NCBI RefSeq assembly: GCF_006345805.1
Contig: NC_043008.1
Span: forward strand, 16,678,001 to 16,742,000
DNA from: Octopus sinensis
Taxonomy: Eukaryota
Length of the DNA: 64,000 nucleotides
Direction: 5' to 3'
The translations under genes were made by a program, and so were the position numbers. The notes below the pieces were generated by a model, which saw nothing but the letters and a program-made list of their open reading frames with translations, was not told the DNA's origin and did not search any database. Below are positions 12,762 to 25,031 of this stretch, one piece after another (position 1 is the stretch's first letter; every line of letters begins with the position of its first letter).

Positions 12762-12796
12762 TGTGCAACCCAAATTTTGCCGAAGTTTGACGCCAT
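12762..12796 (-). CDS. Candidate first coding exon (MASNFGKIWVA-)
   Basis: caagATGGCG start context (YY1/Kozak-like) and a perfect GTAAGT donor 35 nt later; could instead be part of a MITE. Confidence 0.2.
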
Positions 12797-13609
12797 CTTG
12801 AAAATGCCTACTTCTAATAAATATATAGACATAGAAATGCACATAGTCAGTTGTATTTGCTCGCTGATATAAAGATATACGCTTATACCTATACAGATAT
12901 ACCGACAAGCAAACAAGCTATTTACTTGAAAACGCTTCTGAGATGTTCATTCAATTATTGGAATTTTGTTAGTCGCATCATATGAACTAGTTTGAACCCA
13001 AATTTTAGAATATTTCACACTAGAATAGTAATTTCTTTCGGAACATAGAGTAAGAATTGCAATTCTGAGAAAAATGTCAAACGTCTAGGTTATTGAGATA
13101 CATGAGAGATATACACATAAAATCAAGTATAATCGTACGCATACACACGAACACGTGCTCGTTCTCACTCACTCGCACAGAGCTACACACTACACAATTG
13201 CGTGCATGCGTATACCTATACACGTGAGAATATATATATATTCAAATGTAATTATGTATATGGAAGCGTTTATGAGAATACATTGATAATGTATATGTTT
13301 ATGTATGTATACATGTGAATGCGTACGTATATATACGCGCACACACACACACATCTATATATCCATAAAGAGATACGATCCTATATGCATAATTATATCT
13401 ATATATATTTCTCTATCTATCTATCCATCTACATATATATATAAGTACACACACACGCATATATGTGTGTGTGTATGTATATGTGTACGTATAACCTGTA
13501 AGTATATATATATATTTATATATTATGCACATGTGTTATATAATATGATATTATATATATATATATATATAAATATAAAGTTAATCCAAACAAGAAAACA
13601 CAGACAAAA

Positions 13610-13795
13610 AGAGAAAAAAAAACCAGCAAGGCAGGACGTGGAACAATTAAAGTATTATTGACGCTCAGGAAAGAAGGGAAGGAGGGTTTAACGTTTCGAG
13701 CGGAGCTCTTAGTCGGAAACAAGGAGAAGGAAAGATCCCAAGGAGGGAAGACAGAGGAGAAAATATTTGAGCTGGTGGTGCTCAAGAGATCACAT
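13610..13795 (-). mobile_element. Short Penelope-like remnant, copy 2
   Basis: Homologous to 6700-6877; minus-strand hammerhead-like motif at 13686-13720 (GTTT CCGACTA A GAGC-TCC-GCTC GAAA CGTT AAAC) with a perfect stem II but G8->T. Confidence 0.55.
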
Positions 13796-14516
13796 ATATA
13801 TATATAGAGAGAGAGAGTGAGAGATTCATACATACATACATAAGTAGAGATACACATGACTATGTGTACGCCAACACGCGTACATACATATATGAGTGTG
13901 TTTGTGAGAATGAGAATATGCGTTCGTGTGTGTGTCCGTGTGTGTGCGTAATTGTGTGTGTAAAACTGGATATAAGATGCTGTCATATATCTCGGAAGAA
14001 GTAAAAAGGAGTTTTGCACTGGGTGGGACATCAGCTTATTATAAAATACTAACTACTCTAATGATATTTTAAACTATATTTCCTTTCTTTCTCCTATCTC
14101 TCTACGTACCTAAACATGCTTCTTTATACATGGCTTACAGCAAATACATGCTTTAACATTCAAGCTATCAAATAAGCGTTCATATTCCCATTTTATATCG
14201 TATTTACTTACTTAATCATTTACTGATATACCCAACTAGAACTTTATTATGTAAAATATATTCTTTATAGCAACATCATTGTTGCATGTGTTTCTTATAT
14301 ATATTTTGTATTATCAATATCTTCGTGGGTAAAGAGTAAGTGTTCTTGATCTTCGAACTCTTTCCCAATAGAAATGAAATTAATCGGAAAAGATTAGTGT
14401 TCGCATTGGTTTGCACGTTTGGTGAAGTCGACGAACCTCTAGACATAGCTATTTAATAAATTGAATTACAACGCCATCTATGTTAGTGAGTGTGTATATA
14501 ATATGTTAATATATAT

Positions 14517-14550
<34 letters not shown>

Positions 14551-14846
14551 TATATATATATATATATATACACATATATATGTAGTTTATAAATAGATAG
14601 TTACATGGATAGAGAGATATGAACAGAACTAGATATATACATATGTATATTTTTTACAATATATGCATATAGATCAGGGCAAACGGTTAGCTCATTCAAC
14701 AATCTTAGGTATTCAGCAACATAAGATGAACAAAATTTTCAACACGGTTTCCAGTATTAGAATTCAGATTTTTGTGGTCTCATGCAGACACACAAAAACA
14801 CAATCACGCACATACATATACACATAACGTATATAAATATGTATAT

Positions 14847-14877
<31 letters not shown>

Positions 14878-14963
14878 TTAGAGACAAAACCACTATTTTG
14901 CAAATCAAACAAGGAAAGACTTAATCAATACATAAAAAAATTTTAATATAAAGTAATAAATCG

Positions 14964-15008
14964 CCACTACAAATTGTTTCCTGTCTTCAAATGACATTCA
15001 TCAGGTGA
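14964..15008 (-). ncRNA. Hammerhead ribozyme-like motif (left arm)
   Basis: Minus strand TCAC CTGATGA ATGTC ATTTGAA GACAG GAAA CAATTTG TA GTGG; an extra T breaks the stem III palindrome. Confidence 0.4.
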
Positions 15009-15055
15009 ATTTCATATATTCTATTCAATTTAAAAATTGAATAGAAGATATGAAA

Positions 15056-15101
15056 TCCATCTGATGAATGTCATTTGAAGACAGGAAACAATTGTAGTGG
15101 C
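15056..15101 (+). ncRNA. Hammerhead ribozyme-like motif (right arm)
   Basis: CCAT CTGATGA A TGTC-ATTTGAA-GACA G GAAA CAATTG TA GTGG. Intact CUGAUGA and GAAA, palindromic stem III ACAATTGT, UA cleavage site, stem I CCAT/GTGG; base of stem II is non-canonical (A.G). Confidence 0.5.
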
Positions 15102-15197
15102 GATTTATTTACATTATATAAATTTTTCTATGTATTGATTGAGTTCTTTCCTTGTTTGATTTGCACAATAGTGGTTTTGTCTCTAATTAATGTTATA

Positions 15198-15297
15198 NNN
15201 NNNNNNNNNNNNNNNNNNNNNNNNNNNNNNNNNNNNNNNNNNNNNNNNNNNNNNNNNNNNNNNNNNNNNNNNNNNNNNNNNNNNNNNNNNNNNNNNN
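15198..15297. other. Assembly gap (100 N)
   Basis: Run of exactly 100 N. Confidence 1.
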
Positions 15298-16214
15298 GTA
15301 TACTCTTCCATGTTTGATTGTAATTCGTACTAAGTGCTTCAACTTATTTCTACGCTTCGTATGCGTAAGCACACATATTTAGAGAGACCCAATAGGAATA
15401 AATGCACATGAAAGAAATGTTTGTTTCATGAAGACTAAATATTTATACCGTTGATAATATGCAAATCGTTGGCATATTATATCCTGACATTTGCTTATAC
15501 TGTTGTCAATTCCTTCGTCAATAGTTATACAGCAATTAGGAAGGGCTGGCATCGCTGAAATGTCACCGCATATTTTTGTTGTGTTTGAGAAAAAGAATAA
15601 CTAACTATGAAAGAGTGCGATACAGAAGAATTTGTGATGAAAGTAACAAAAATCATGGCACAAATTCAGGTCATCCGTAGGCTCTTGAATATGGATCAAA
15701 GAAAGACAATGAAAAGTTAGTGCTATAGTTTATGAACAGATGCAAAAATACCAATGTATGTATGTGTGCGTATGTATGTATGTATGTCTAGGATCTTTAT
15801 GCCTCATGGAAAATTATCCCTCAGGACAACAGATGATGATTAAAAGTTTCTTAATATATTGGAGAGGTAATTAACCAAATGTTCTAATTGTCTCTGATAC
15901 AATGTATGCATGTAGATATATATATCTATATTATATATATATATATATATTATATATTATATATATATATATAATATATATAATATATAATATATTATAT
16001 ATATAATATATATATATATATATTTATAGAATATACATATATCATATATATTGTATATATGATCACGTTGCACCAAACTCCGGCATAGAAAGTTATAGCA
16101 GCCCCGAAGTGGATGTCACTGCACTGTTCCAGAGATCCTAGTCAGTCCATCAATGGCAAGGACCTCTGAAGTAATTGCTTGCATTTTAAAACTCGCGGTT
16201 ATTCAATAGCTTAC

Positions 16215-16292
16215 CATGTAATAAAGTACTAGTCTTACAAATAAAAGTCCTGGGATCGATTTGCTCGACTAAAGGAAGTGATGCAGCAGCAT
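16215..16292 (+). mobile_element. Family-A SINE 3'-half fragment
   Basis: 'aagtactagtcttacaaataaaagtcctgggatcgatttgctcgactaaagg' matches 26315-26370. Confidence 0.65.
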
Positions 16293-16763
16293 GAACGCAA
16301 TCATATATATATATATATATATATGCATTATATATATATATGTGTGTTGTGGTGTTGTGTGGGTGTGTGTGTGTGTTTTCATTTATATATGTGTGTGTGT
16401 GTGTGGGTGTGTTTGTGCGCGCCCCGATTGTGTATTTATACATGTATAAGTACGTATGGTGAATATGAATGTGTGAAATTATTTGCTACAATGTGAATTT
16501 ATTAGTTAAAATAAGTTATATTGCACAAGTGATATCTTAAGCACAATACTTATTTCTTGTCTACAGGTTGTATTTCTTGGTTTTGTTTGGCGTTGTTTTT
16601 TTTTTTTTCTGTTATCGTTCCCCTGCCTTACCTATTCTTGGTAAATTAAAGAAGGAATTTGGGGAATATAAATGATTAATAGTTTTCCGTGTCTGATTTA
16701 ATTTCTCTTGGAAACGTCATTTACAACTACATGCGTTATGCTATATAGAATATAGACACCGAA

Positions 16764-16796
<33 letters not shown>

Positions 16797-16910
16797 CATA
16801 CATAACAACATACACACAAACACACACACAGACACATATATGTACCGTAATATATATACATACAATATGGACAGAAAAATGGATAGACTGATATACATAC
16901 ATACATACAT

Positions 16911-16964
<54 letters not shown>

Positions 16965-17062
16965 AATATATATATATCTATATATATATAGAGAGAGAGA
17001 GAGGAGAGAGAGAGAGGGAGAGGAGAGTGAGAGAGAAAGAGATAGAGATAGATAGATAGATT

Positions 17063-17114
<52 letters not shown>

Positions 17115-17249
17115 TTTAGATATACACTTGCATATTTATGTAACATGCACAGTACAATTAACGTCGCTTTATACTTAGAAAGGAATGGTAATTTATTCAC
17201 AAACACACAGACCCGAATGCACAGATACGAATGCACACAAACACTTTCG

Positions 17250-17284
<35 letters not shown>

Positions 17285-18180
17285 CTCTCCTCTCTCACGT
17301 TGTTCCTTCCTGATTGTGGAATTTTGATTGCATCCTGTCGTGATTAGCAAGCACATGATTAAAACACAGCAAAATGAAGCGATGCAAATTTGTGAATGAA
17401 GTACGCCTGGTTTGCAGTATGTAGTAGCTAGCTAGCAATGTAAGAATATAGGCCTTTGTGTCTCTCTCTTTCGTCGGCCTTTTTCGTTATCTTTTTCCCT
17501 CTCTCTCTACCTGTGTACCTATATTTACACAGAAACGCACACACACACACCCACATTTATGTATGTGTCTCTAGAACCATGTGTAGGTGTGGTGCTTGAG
17601 TTTACAGAGAAAGAAGCAATTACAGCAGCATTGTAATTAAAGGAAAATATTGATCGATGAAATCACTGTAATTCGTTTGGAGAAAATACAGCAACTGTAA
17701 ATGCAAGCAGCAACAGCAACAGCAGCAACAGCAGCATATTACAGATACCATTAACAAGACCAGGCTTAGCCTAACTAGCATCAACCACAGCATGCTTTAT
17801 CGCTTCTCTTTTTTTTTCTTTGTATTAGCTTTGGCGTAATCGCAATTTTCCTAAACTGGTCCAGTAACGAACTGTAGAAAGAAGCATCTGTATGGTAGGT
17901 CGATATACAATATAATGCAGCTAAATCTCCTTCCAATGACACGTCGTCTACTTAGAAACAGGACAATTTCTGACGTTATATCATCAGATACACTGCAACT
18001 CGAAGATATGGGACGGATTATGCAATTTCCTCCCGCCTATGATTGCCTAGACCTACAAAACAACGCCAATAACAGCAAGAGCAATGTCTAGGATAGTCAG
18101 CGGACAAACCATCGGTTTGGAAGGTTTTCTGTGAGTCTACAACACGAGTGAATTAGATTTGATTTTTTTTTGCTAGTACC

Positions 18181-18231
18181 TATTTCTTTACTATCCACAC
18201 GGGGTTAGACATAGAGGGGAGAAACAAGGAC

Positions 18232-18272
<41 letters not shown>

Positions 18273-18588
18273 GGATTAAGTCGATTATATCGACCCCAGT
18301 GCATAACTGGTACTTATTTAATCGATTCTTAAAGGATGAAAGGCAAAGTCGACCTCGGCGGAATTTGAACTCGGGACGTAGCGGCAGACGAAATTCCTAT
18401 TTCTTTACTACCCTAAACACAGAGAGGACAAACAAGGACTAAGAAAGGACAAACGGATTAAGTCGATTATATTGACCCCAGTGCGTAACTAGTACTTAAT
18501 TAATCAACCCCGAAAGGATGAAAGGCAAAGTCGACCTCGGTGGAATTTGAATCGCCCGGCGTGCTAACGTTTCTGCCAGCTCGCCGCC
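18181..18588 (-). mobile_element. Family-B SINE, dimeric, minus strand
   Basis: Reverse complement of the 8112-8527 structure with the same junction (~18397), a (TA)n insertion at ~18234-18270 and an internal deletion in the head-bearing unit. Confidence 0.85.
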
Positions 18589-18639
18589 GTTTTGTTTGCT
18601 GGTACCAATGCCGAATGTAAAGTATTATACAATTTCCAT

Positions 18640-18807
18640 TCTTATTAATTGTTTCAGTCATTTGACTGCGGCTATCCTGGAGTACCGCCTTTTGTCGAGG
18701 AAATCGACCCCAAGTCTTATTCTTTGTAAGCCTAGTACTTATTCTATCGGTCACTTTTGTTGAACCGCTAAGTTACGGGAACGTAAACTCACCAGCAACG
18801 GTTGTCA

Positions 18808-18810
<3 letters not shown>
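18640..18810 (-). mobile_element. Family-A SINE 3' half
   Basis: 'gtttcagtcatttgactgcggc...gaaccgctaagttacggg...ggttgtcaagc' is the reverse complement of 26250-26410. Confidence 0.8.
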
Positions 18811-18851
<41 letters not shown>

Positions 18852-18895
18852 TAGTAGTAATAGTAGTAGTAGTAGTAGTTGTTGTTGTTGTTGTT

Positions 18896-18936
<41 letters not shown>

Positions 18937-18978
18937 TGTAGTAGTAGTTGTAGTAGTAGCAGCAGCAGCAGCAGCAGC
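18809..18978. repeat. Concentric compound microsatellite (CAG)n(TAG)n(TTG)n(TAG)n(CAG)n
   Basis: Directly visible. Confidence 0.95.
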
Positions 18979-19825
18979 TGTAAGTGTTATGTCTCTTGGC
19001 TTTGACATAGCTGTGTGTTGAGTTCCGTACGAGATTTCCTTTTTGTTTTCTTTTCCTTTCGCCTATCGTTCCATCTATCGTTGCTTGCATCTCTTTATTT
19101 CAACAACATCGATCAAATTGTACCAGAAATATTGTACTTATCGTATTGAACTATTATATCTCTATTGTAATAGATTACGCTTAAAAGGCTATTGTGCCTA
19201 ATGAAATGATATCATAAATATCGTTAACTTCTGATAGAAACCTACTCAAACGTATAAAATAATTCATGCATAACCATCACAAGATCGACATATATCATTT
19301 TATCGGAGAGCAATTCAAGTGGAACTTGAAATACTTATCTCATTCTTCTCCAACATATGATGATACATGTGTTATTTCTTATAATCCCTGATGGTATTCA
19401 CAAAACCCACACAAGAACCGCTTGTCATCGAATACATTATCGCCCATATACAACTAAAATAATGAAATATCAATATAATAGCGTAAAGTATGTGTTTCAC
19501 AGGATGAGAAACGTTTCTGATAAATGTATTCAAAGGTTATACAATGATGGTGGAAATTCCGAAGGAATAACGTGCTTGAATGAGCAGCTTATACAGGCAG
19601 TTGAATTTTCATTTTCTCCTGCGTTTCTTTTACATTATTTATATACATGTTCGTGCTTGGTTCTCTCACCATTGGAGAAAAAGACGGTTTGTAGCCTACA
19701 AAGTTCTGACATTGAAATTTAGGCAACATTACGTAGGGTAGACTTACATGTATTATATGTAAATACATGATATACATGCATCTGTAGACGTGCGCGCGTG
19801 TATATGTGAGATTGTTTTACATATA

Positions 19826-20058
19826 CATAAAAGTAAAGTAAGGGCAAAGATCCTTCCCGAGTCATGTAGACACATAATGGCCGGTTTTCCGGTTTGAGTG
19901 GTGTATATATTGCTTATCTGAACGGGGTCCTGATCTGTCGCAGGATTAATAATTTGTGCCAGATGAATAACCTGGAGCAATTAAAACGATTTTTTTTGCC
20001 TGGCCCAGAAATCGAAACCACAGTCTTATGATCATGAATCCAACATCCTAACCACAAC
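19826..20058 (-). mobile_element. Diverged family-D SINE (tail type Y)
   Basis: tRNA-like head remnant 'cctggcccagaaatcgaaaccacagtcttatgatcatgaatccaacatcctaaccac'; tail 'ggccggttttccggttt...gtatat...tgtcgcagg' is shared with ~23295-23370. Confidence 0.6.
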
Positions 20059-20177
20059 GTTACACGACTTCACTTATATAGACATGCTTGCACATGTGCA
20101 AGCACAAAATATTTGAACATATTTTGACTGTGTCAATGGCAATGTTTCGCTGTACTATTCTAATAAATAGTGTTTGT

Positions 20178-20860
20178 CCTTCTATGGCCGCAGTTAAATG
20201 ACTGAAACTTGTATAAGAGTAAAAGAGTAAAATTTCCCACCGTTTCATTATATTACTTGTTTCAGTCATTAGATTGCGACAATTTAGAGGAACAGCGTTC
20301 ATGAATTTTAATTGAATGAGTCGAGCCAAAAATATTTTTTCTAAGCCTGGCAGTTCTAATACCATTCTCGTGGAACAATTAGTTTCGGGGACGTTAAGTA
20401 TACTAACACCGGTTGCCAAGCGTTGCTGTGGAATAAACACAGACACAAATATGCGTACGCACATAGAGATACACACACAAACATACATGCATATACATAA
20501 AAAACATACATGCTTATATACACACAAATATGTATACACACGTGGACTTCTTTCACTTCTAATGCGATTTTCGTGGAACAATTAGTTACGGGGACGTTAA
20601 GGATACCAACACCGGTTGCCAAGTGTTGGTGTGGAAAAAACACAGACACAAATATGCGCATGCACATAGAGATACACACACAAACATACATGCATATACA
20701 TAAAAAAACATACATGCATACATACACACAAATATGTATACACACGTGGACTTCTTTCAGTTTTCGTCTACGATAGCCATTCACAATTGCCCAGCGTGTC
20801 AGTCAGTAGGATTGAACGTGGAACAATGCGGTTGGCACTGGAAATTTCTTACCACGTAGC
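20178..20860. mobile_element. Tail-to-tail family-A SINE relics with an internal ~203-bp tandem duplication
   Basis: Plus-strand 3' end at 20178-20230, then a minus-strand diverged copy in which ~20368-20555 is repeated at ~20571-20760. Confidence 0.7.
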
Positions 20861-22399
20861 CATGAAGTGGAAAACTAAAGTTCAACTAAATACGATATAT
20901 ATAAGAATAAACATCACTTCTGCGCATCACTTCCCAACATCAGATTTACTCGACATGGTTCACTTCTAAAAGGAAATACATACGGAATACGTATGAATAT
21001 TTTAAGATATACAGCTGAAATATCTCCTGCATAATATTGCGATGAATTATCATAATAAGCGAGTGCATCTACACTCACACACACACTTGCACACAAACAC
21101 ACACACACACACAAACACATTCACGTACACACACATACACACACACACGCACACACACATACATATATTGAGAGAGACAGAGAGAGATGTTTATTATATA
21201 TATACGCATATGCATATATATATATATATATGTATATATCTATATATATATATACATTTATATATATACATATGTATATATATATATATATAGTATATAC
21301 ATATGTACGTATAAATGCATACATATATGTACGCATATGTATATATAATGCTTATATACACATATATTCATACATATTTACATAGATCCATACATAGGTC
21401 TATATACATACAGACACGTACACACACACTTATTCACACACATACAAAAAAACACATTTATATATATATACACACATGAATATAAGTAATAGTTCATATA
21501 AATGTTGGTTAGGTGGTTGGCTGATTTCTCCAATCAGGCGTTATAGAAAGTCAGAGATTAATAAAGAGGTAGAGAGAGAATTAACTTGGCAACAGCAGGA
21601 TGAGTGCGCAAGTCTTGCGGCAGAAATTGTGAAAAGGAACTAAAGAAACACTCCTGATACACACAGTGGGAAGAAAGAATGCCAGAGCGAAATTAGAAGG
21701 CGGAGTGAGTAAGAGAAGAGTTGTGGGTGTACCTATATAAATGAAAAAAAAATTGTTTGGCTTAAATATATTTTAAAGTCATAAATATTTTATTCTTGAA
21801 GATAGCTGTTCATATCTTCATTTTGTACAACCACCAACGCATTTGGTAAAAATAAACTTACAATTGCTCTATGCATTTTCTGATGTTACTCACTGTAGGA
21901 AGACTAGCCTTCTAGTGATACTCATCTTTCGACGGATAAAACTCCGTGTATATGTGCGTGTGTGTGTGTGTCTGTGTAAATAAATAAATGCATGCATACG
22001 TACTTACATATATCATTATCTTGGGGGAATGGTGGATCTCGAAGCAAAAAAAGCTATTGATAATATTGGGCTATCATTGGTGTAAAAATCCGTTGAAGAG
22101 AAAAAGTCCAACACTTCTCGTCAACGCTATTTTTGAAATAAAATCCTATGTTAACATATAATACAGGCATGCTATCATTACATCCAGTACACGCGGGTTC
22201 TAGGCAATATTGGATATAATTTTGTAGCTTATTCTACCGTCGATCATAACCTGACAGTTGATATGTTTGTCTATTACTGGAAGGGATACTATCCGTGCTG
22301 CCAAAACTATACAACTGAAGAAGTTAGCGCTTCCAGTAAAACAATACAGCTTGTCATTCGGTCAAAAAATTCGTTATATACGCGTTATGGTTCTGCATA

Positions 22400-22950
22400 G
22401 TGAGGATTCATATATAAATTGAAAATTTAGAATTAAATAAAAGTGAAAATTATATATATAAAATTCAAAATTATAGGTCAAAAATTAAATGATTAAATAA
22501 AAAAAAATTATAATGGAAATGTTTGAAAATTAAAGAAATAAGACATGAAAAATTATAAAAATGAAAATTACAAAATCAAATATGAAACGATTAAAAATTT
22601 CAAAACTTGACAAATAGAAATTTACAAAATTTAACCACTGAAAATTAAAAGAAAACATAAAAATTAGTTAAGCATTTCAAAAATAAACATAATTATAGAA
22701 AGAAAATTAAACACAAATCTAACAAAATTAAAAGGAAAATAGAATTAAAAACGATGTACTAAAATTATAAAAATTAAATTTTCAAAAAGACTTCTTTTTA
22801 AAGGTAACAATTAAAGTGTTTTGCAAATAAAATAAATTAATTATAATAGAAAATAATGAATGATATAATAAGATATATAATATATTATATAAAATTGTGA
22901 AATGTATAGTGTGAGGTGGTCTGTTTTGGATAATGATTTGTGGTAATTCA
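22400..22950. repeat. Very AT-rich, A-skewed low-complexity tract (degenerate AAAATT units)
   Basis: Few C/G over ~550 bp; no perfect microsatellite. Confidence 0.8.
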
Positions 22951-23269
22951 TGAAATAAGAAATTATGAATATAACGTAGTGAAGTTCAGCTAATGGTATA
23001 ACGACATGCAAATATATATCTCTTTAGAGATTTACGCACTTTAGTGTATATAGGTTTACAAGATTCACACAAAAATTTATGAAAGTAATCAAAATAATTA
23101 GTAAAAGTTCATGACCATTGGACATCTAACAAAGGCTTCGCTCGTAGCATTTAGACAGTAGCTAGTGAACTGTGAGATTTTCAGAATAAACCAGCTTTCT
23201 GCATTACAGCACCTGCAGCTTCTGCGTCCGTTGCAATATGGTTTTCCCCTTATAAAAACGATAAACGTC

Positions 23270-23569
23270 ACCATTTTCAAGCCTAGCCAGACTCATGGGC
23301 CCGGTTTCCTGTTTTCTATGGCGTATGTATTCTCCCCAGCCGGACGGGACGCCAGTCCATTGCAGGGTTACTCAAGAAACAGGAAGAGAGAGTGAGAGAA
23401 AGTTGTGGCGAAAGAGTACAACAAGGGTCACCACCTCCCCCTGCCGGAGCCTCGTAGAACTTTTAGGTATTTTCGCTCAATAGACACACACAACGCCCGG
23501 TTTGGGAATCGAAACTGCGATCCTAGGAACGCAAGTCCGCTGCCTAAACCACTGGGTCATTGTCCCTCC
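23270..23569 (-). mobile_element. Family-E SINE (tail type Y)
   Basis: Same head and body as 10660-10828, with a different 3' tail. Confidence 0.8.
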
Positions 23570-23587
23570 TCTTTAAGTATGTGTATA

Positions 23588-23690
23588 CGAGGTCTGATCA
23601 ATAAGTACCCAGACTGTTGCCATAGTAAAAAGCTAAAGCACGTAAAGTGAAGCCGCTTGACAAAGATTGACCTTGAGCTCTGCTGTTCTC
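23588..23690 (+). mobile_element. Mariner-like terminal inverted repeat fragment
   Basis: TA followed by 'cgaggtctgatcaataagtacccagact', resembling mariner TIRs (from recall); no partner TIR seen. Confidence 0.45.
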
Positions 23691-24603
23691 CGACCGCAAT
23701 CCGTTGCCCTAACCACTGGGCCATTGCGACTCCTTTCCCCTCATACGATCTTCCAAATTACGGAAAAATTGGTGAACCAATTTTTTTAATCCCATATATT
23801 TAAATAAAGAACTTTGATGTGTTGCACTTGTTTCATTTCTAAAGAGAGAGATATAAAATTACTGTATTTACTGCTGATGCAAAATATACTTCGTTATTTT
23901 CAGTTGGTATCAGATCCTATACTCAGAAATTTGCTATTTTGTAATTTAGTTATGTTAATAGAGGTTTATGGAGGACGACAATAGACTCTTAGATTCGATT
24001 TGTTTTCTGTTATTGTATCATTTAATGTTTTCTAATGCAGTTAAGTATGTGATCTTAACAGTAACAACATCCACCTGTCATGGTGGATGTCGTTACAGCT
24101 TCCGATCTGGTCAATGTCGATCCGTCATGTGTATTGTTAAAACGCGCTTATGCCAGCGGCATCCATTCTTATCGCTATGCATTTTGTATGCATTTTGAAC
24201 CCGACTCTGAGTCTACGGATTTTTGATTATAAATAGTTTTGCTGGAAACCTTTTCTGTGACTATATTATCTAATATACCCACGTTTATATAAGAAACTAG
24301 GAAAATGTTCTCGGGAACGATAGTTGACTTGTACATTTGAAGATATTTGCCATCAGAACAGGAACAAGTCAGTGATGAATCTATTTAACCTAAACTAGCA
24401 ATTACATTTAACAGTTAGACACCCCACCAAACACATAAGTATGCATGAATGTAGGCATGTATATATGTGTGTATGTTTATATATAAACGTACACACAAAA
24501 TCTACATATGCATATATACATATGTACACAAACGCACACTTTAACGTACATATATTATATACATATATATACTCCTAGATAAAGTGTATGTATGTTATGT
24601 TTA

Positions 24604-24635
<32 letters not shown>

Positions 24636-24987
24636 ATGTATGTATGTATGTATCAATAAATATAAATCCATAATCATATAGGTATATACATAGAGGTAGG
24701 TATATACACATGCATACTTTTATACTTATATGTATATGAATACATATCTTTCTTCCTGTATTTATGTCTGCATGTATGTACACACACATAGCAAATATAA
24801 CTGAAAGCAGGTATAAGTTGTATAGATTTCGTGAGAATAATGCCTATGTATACGATTGTAACTATGTTCGCATGTAAATGTATAACTCCCGCACATATAC
24901 ATATGCATATACATACATACATATACACGCACATATATACCTATATATATATGTATATATATATATATATGTATGTATGTAGGTATG

Positions 24988-25031
<44 letters not shown>

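Larger units (their letters stand above)
14870..15195. repeat. ~325-bp imperfect palindrome, likely inverted Penelope pseudo-LTRs
   Basis: Arms of ~160 bp, about 90% identical in inverted orientation, centred on 'ttctattcaatt taaa aattgaatagaa' (~15032); each arm has a hammerhead-like core. Confidence 0.8.
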
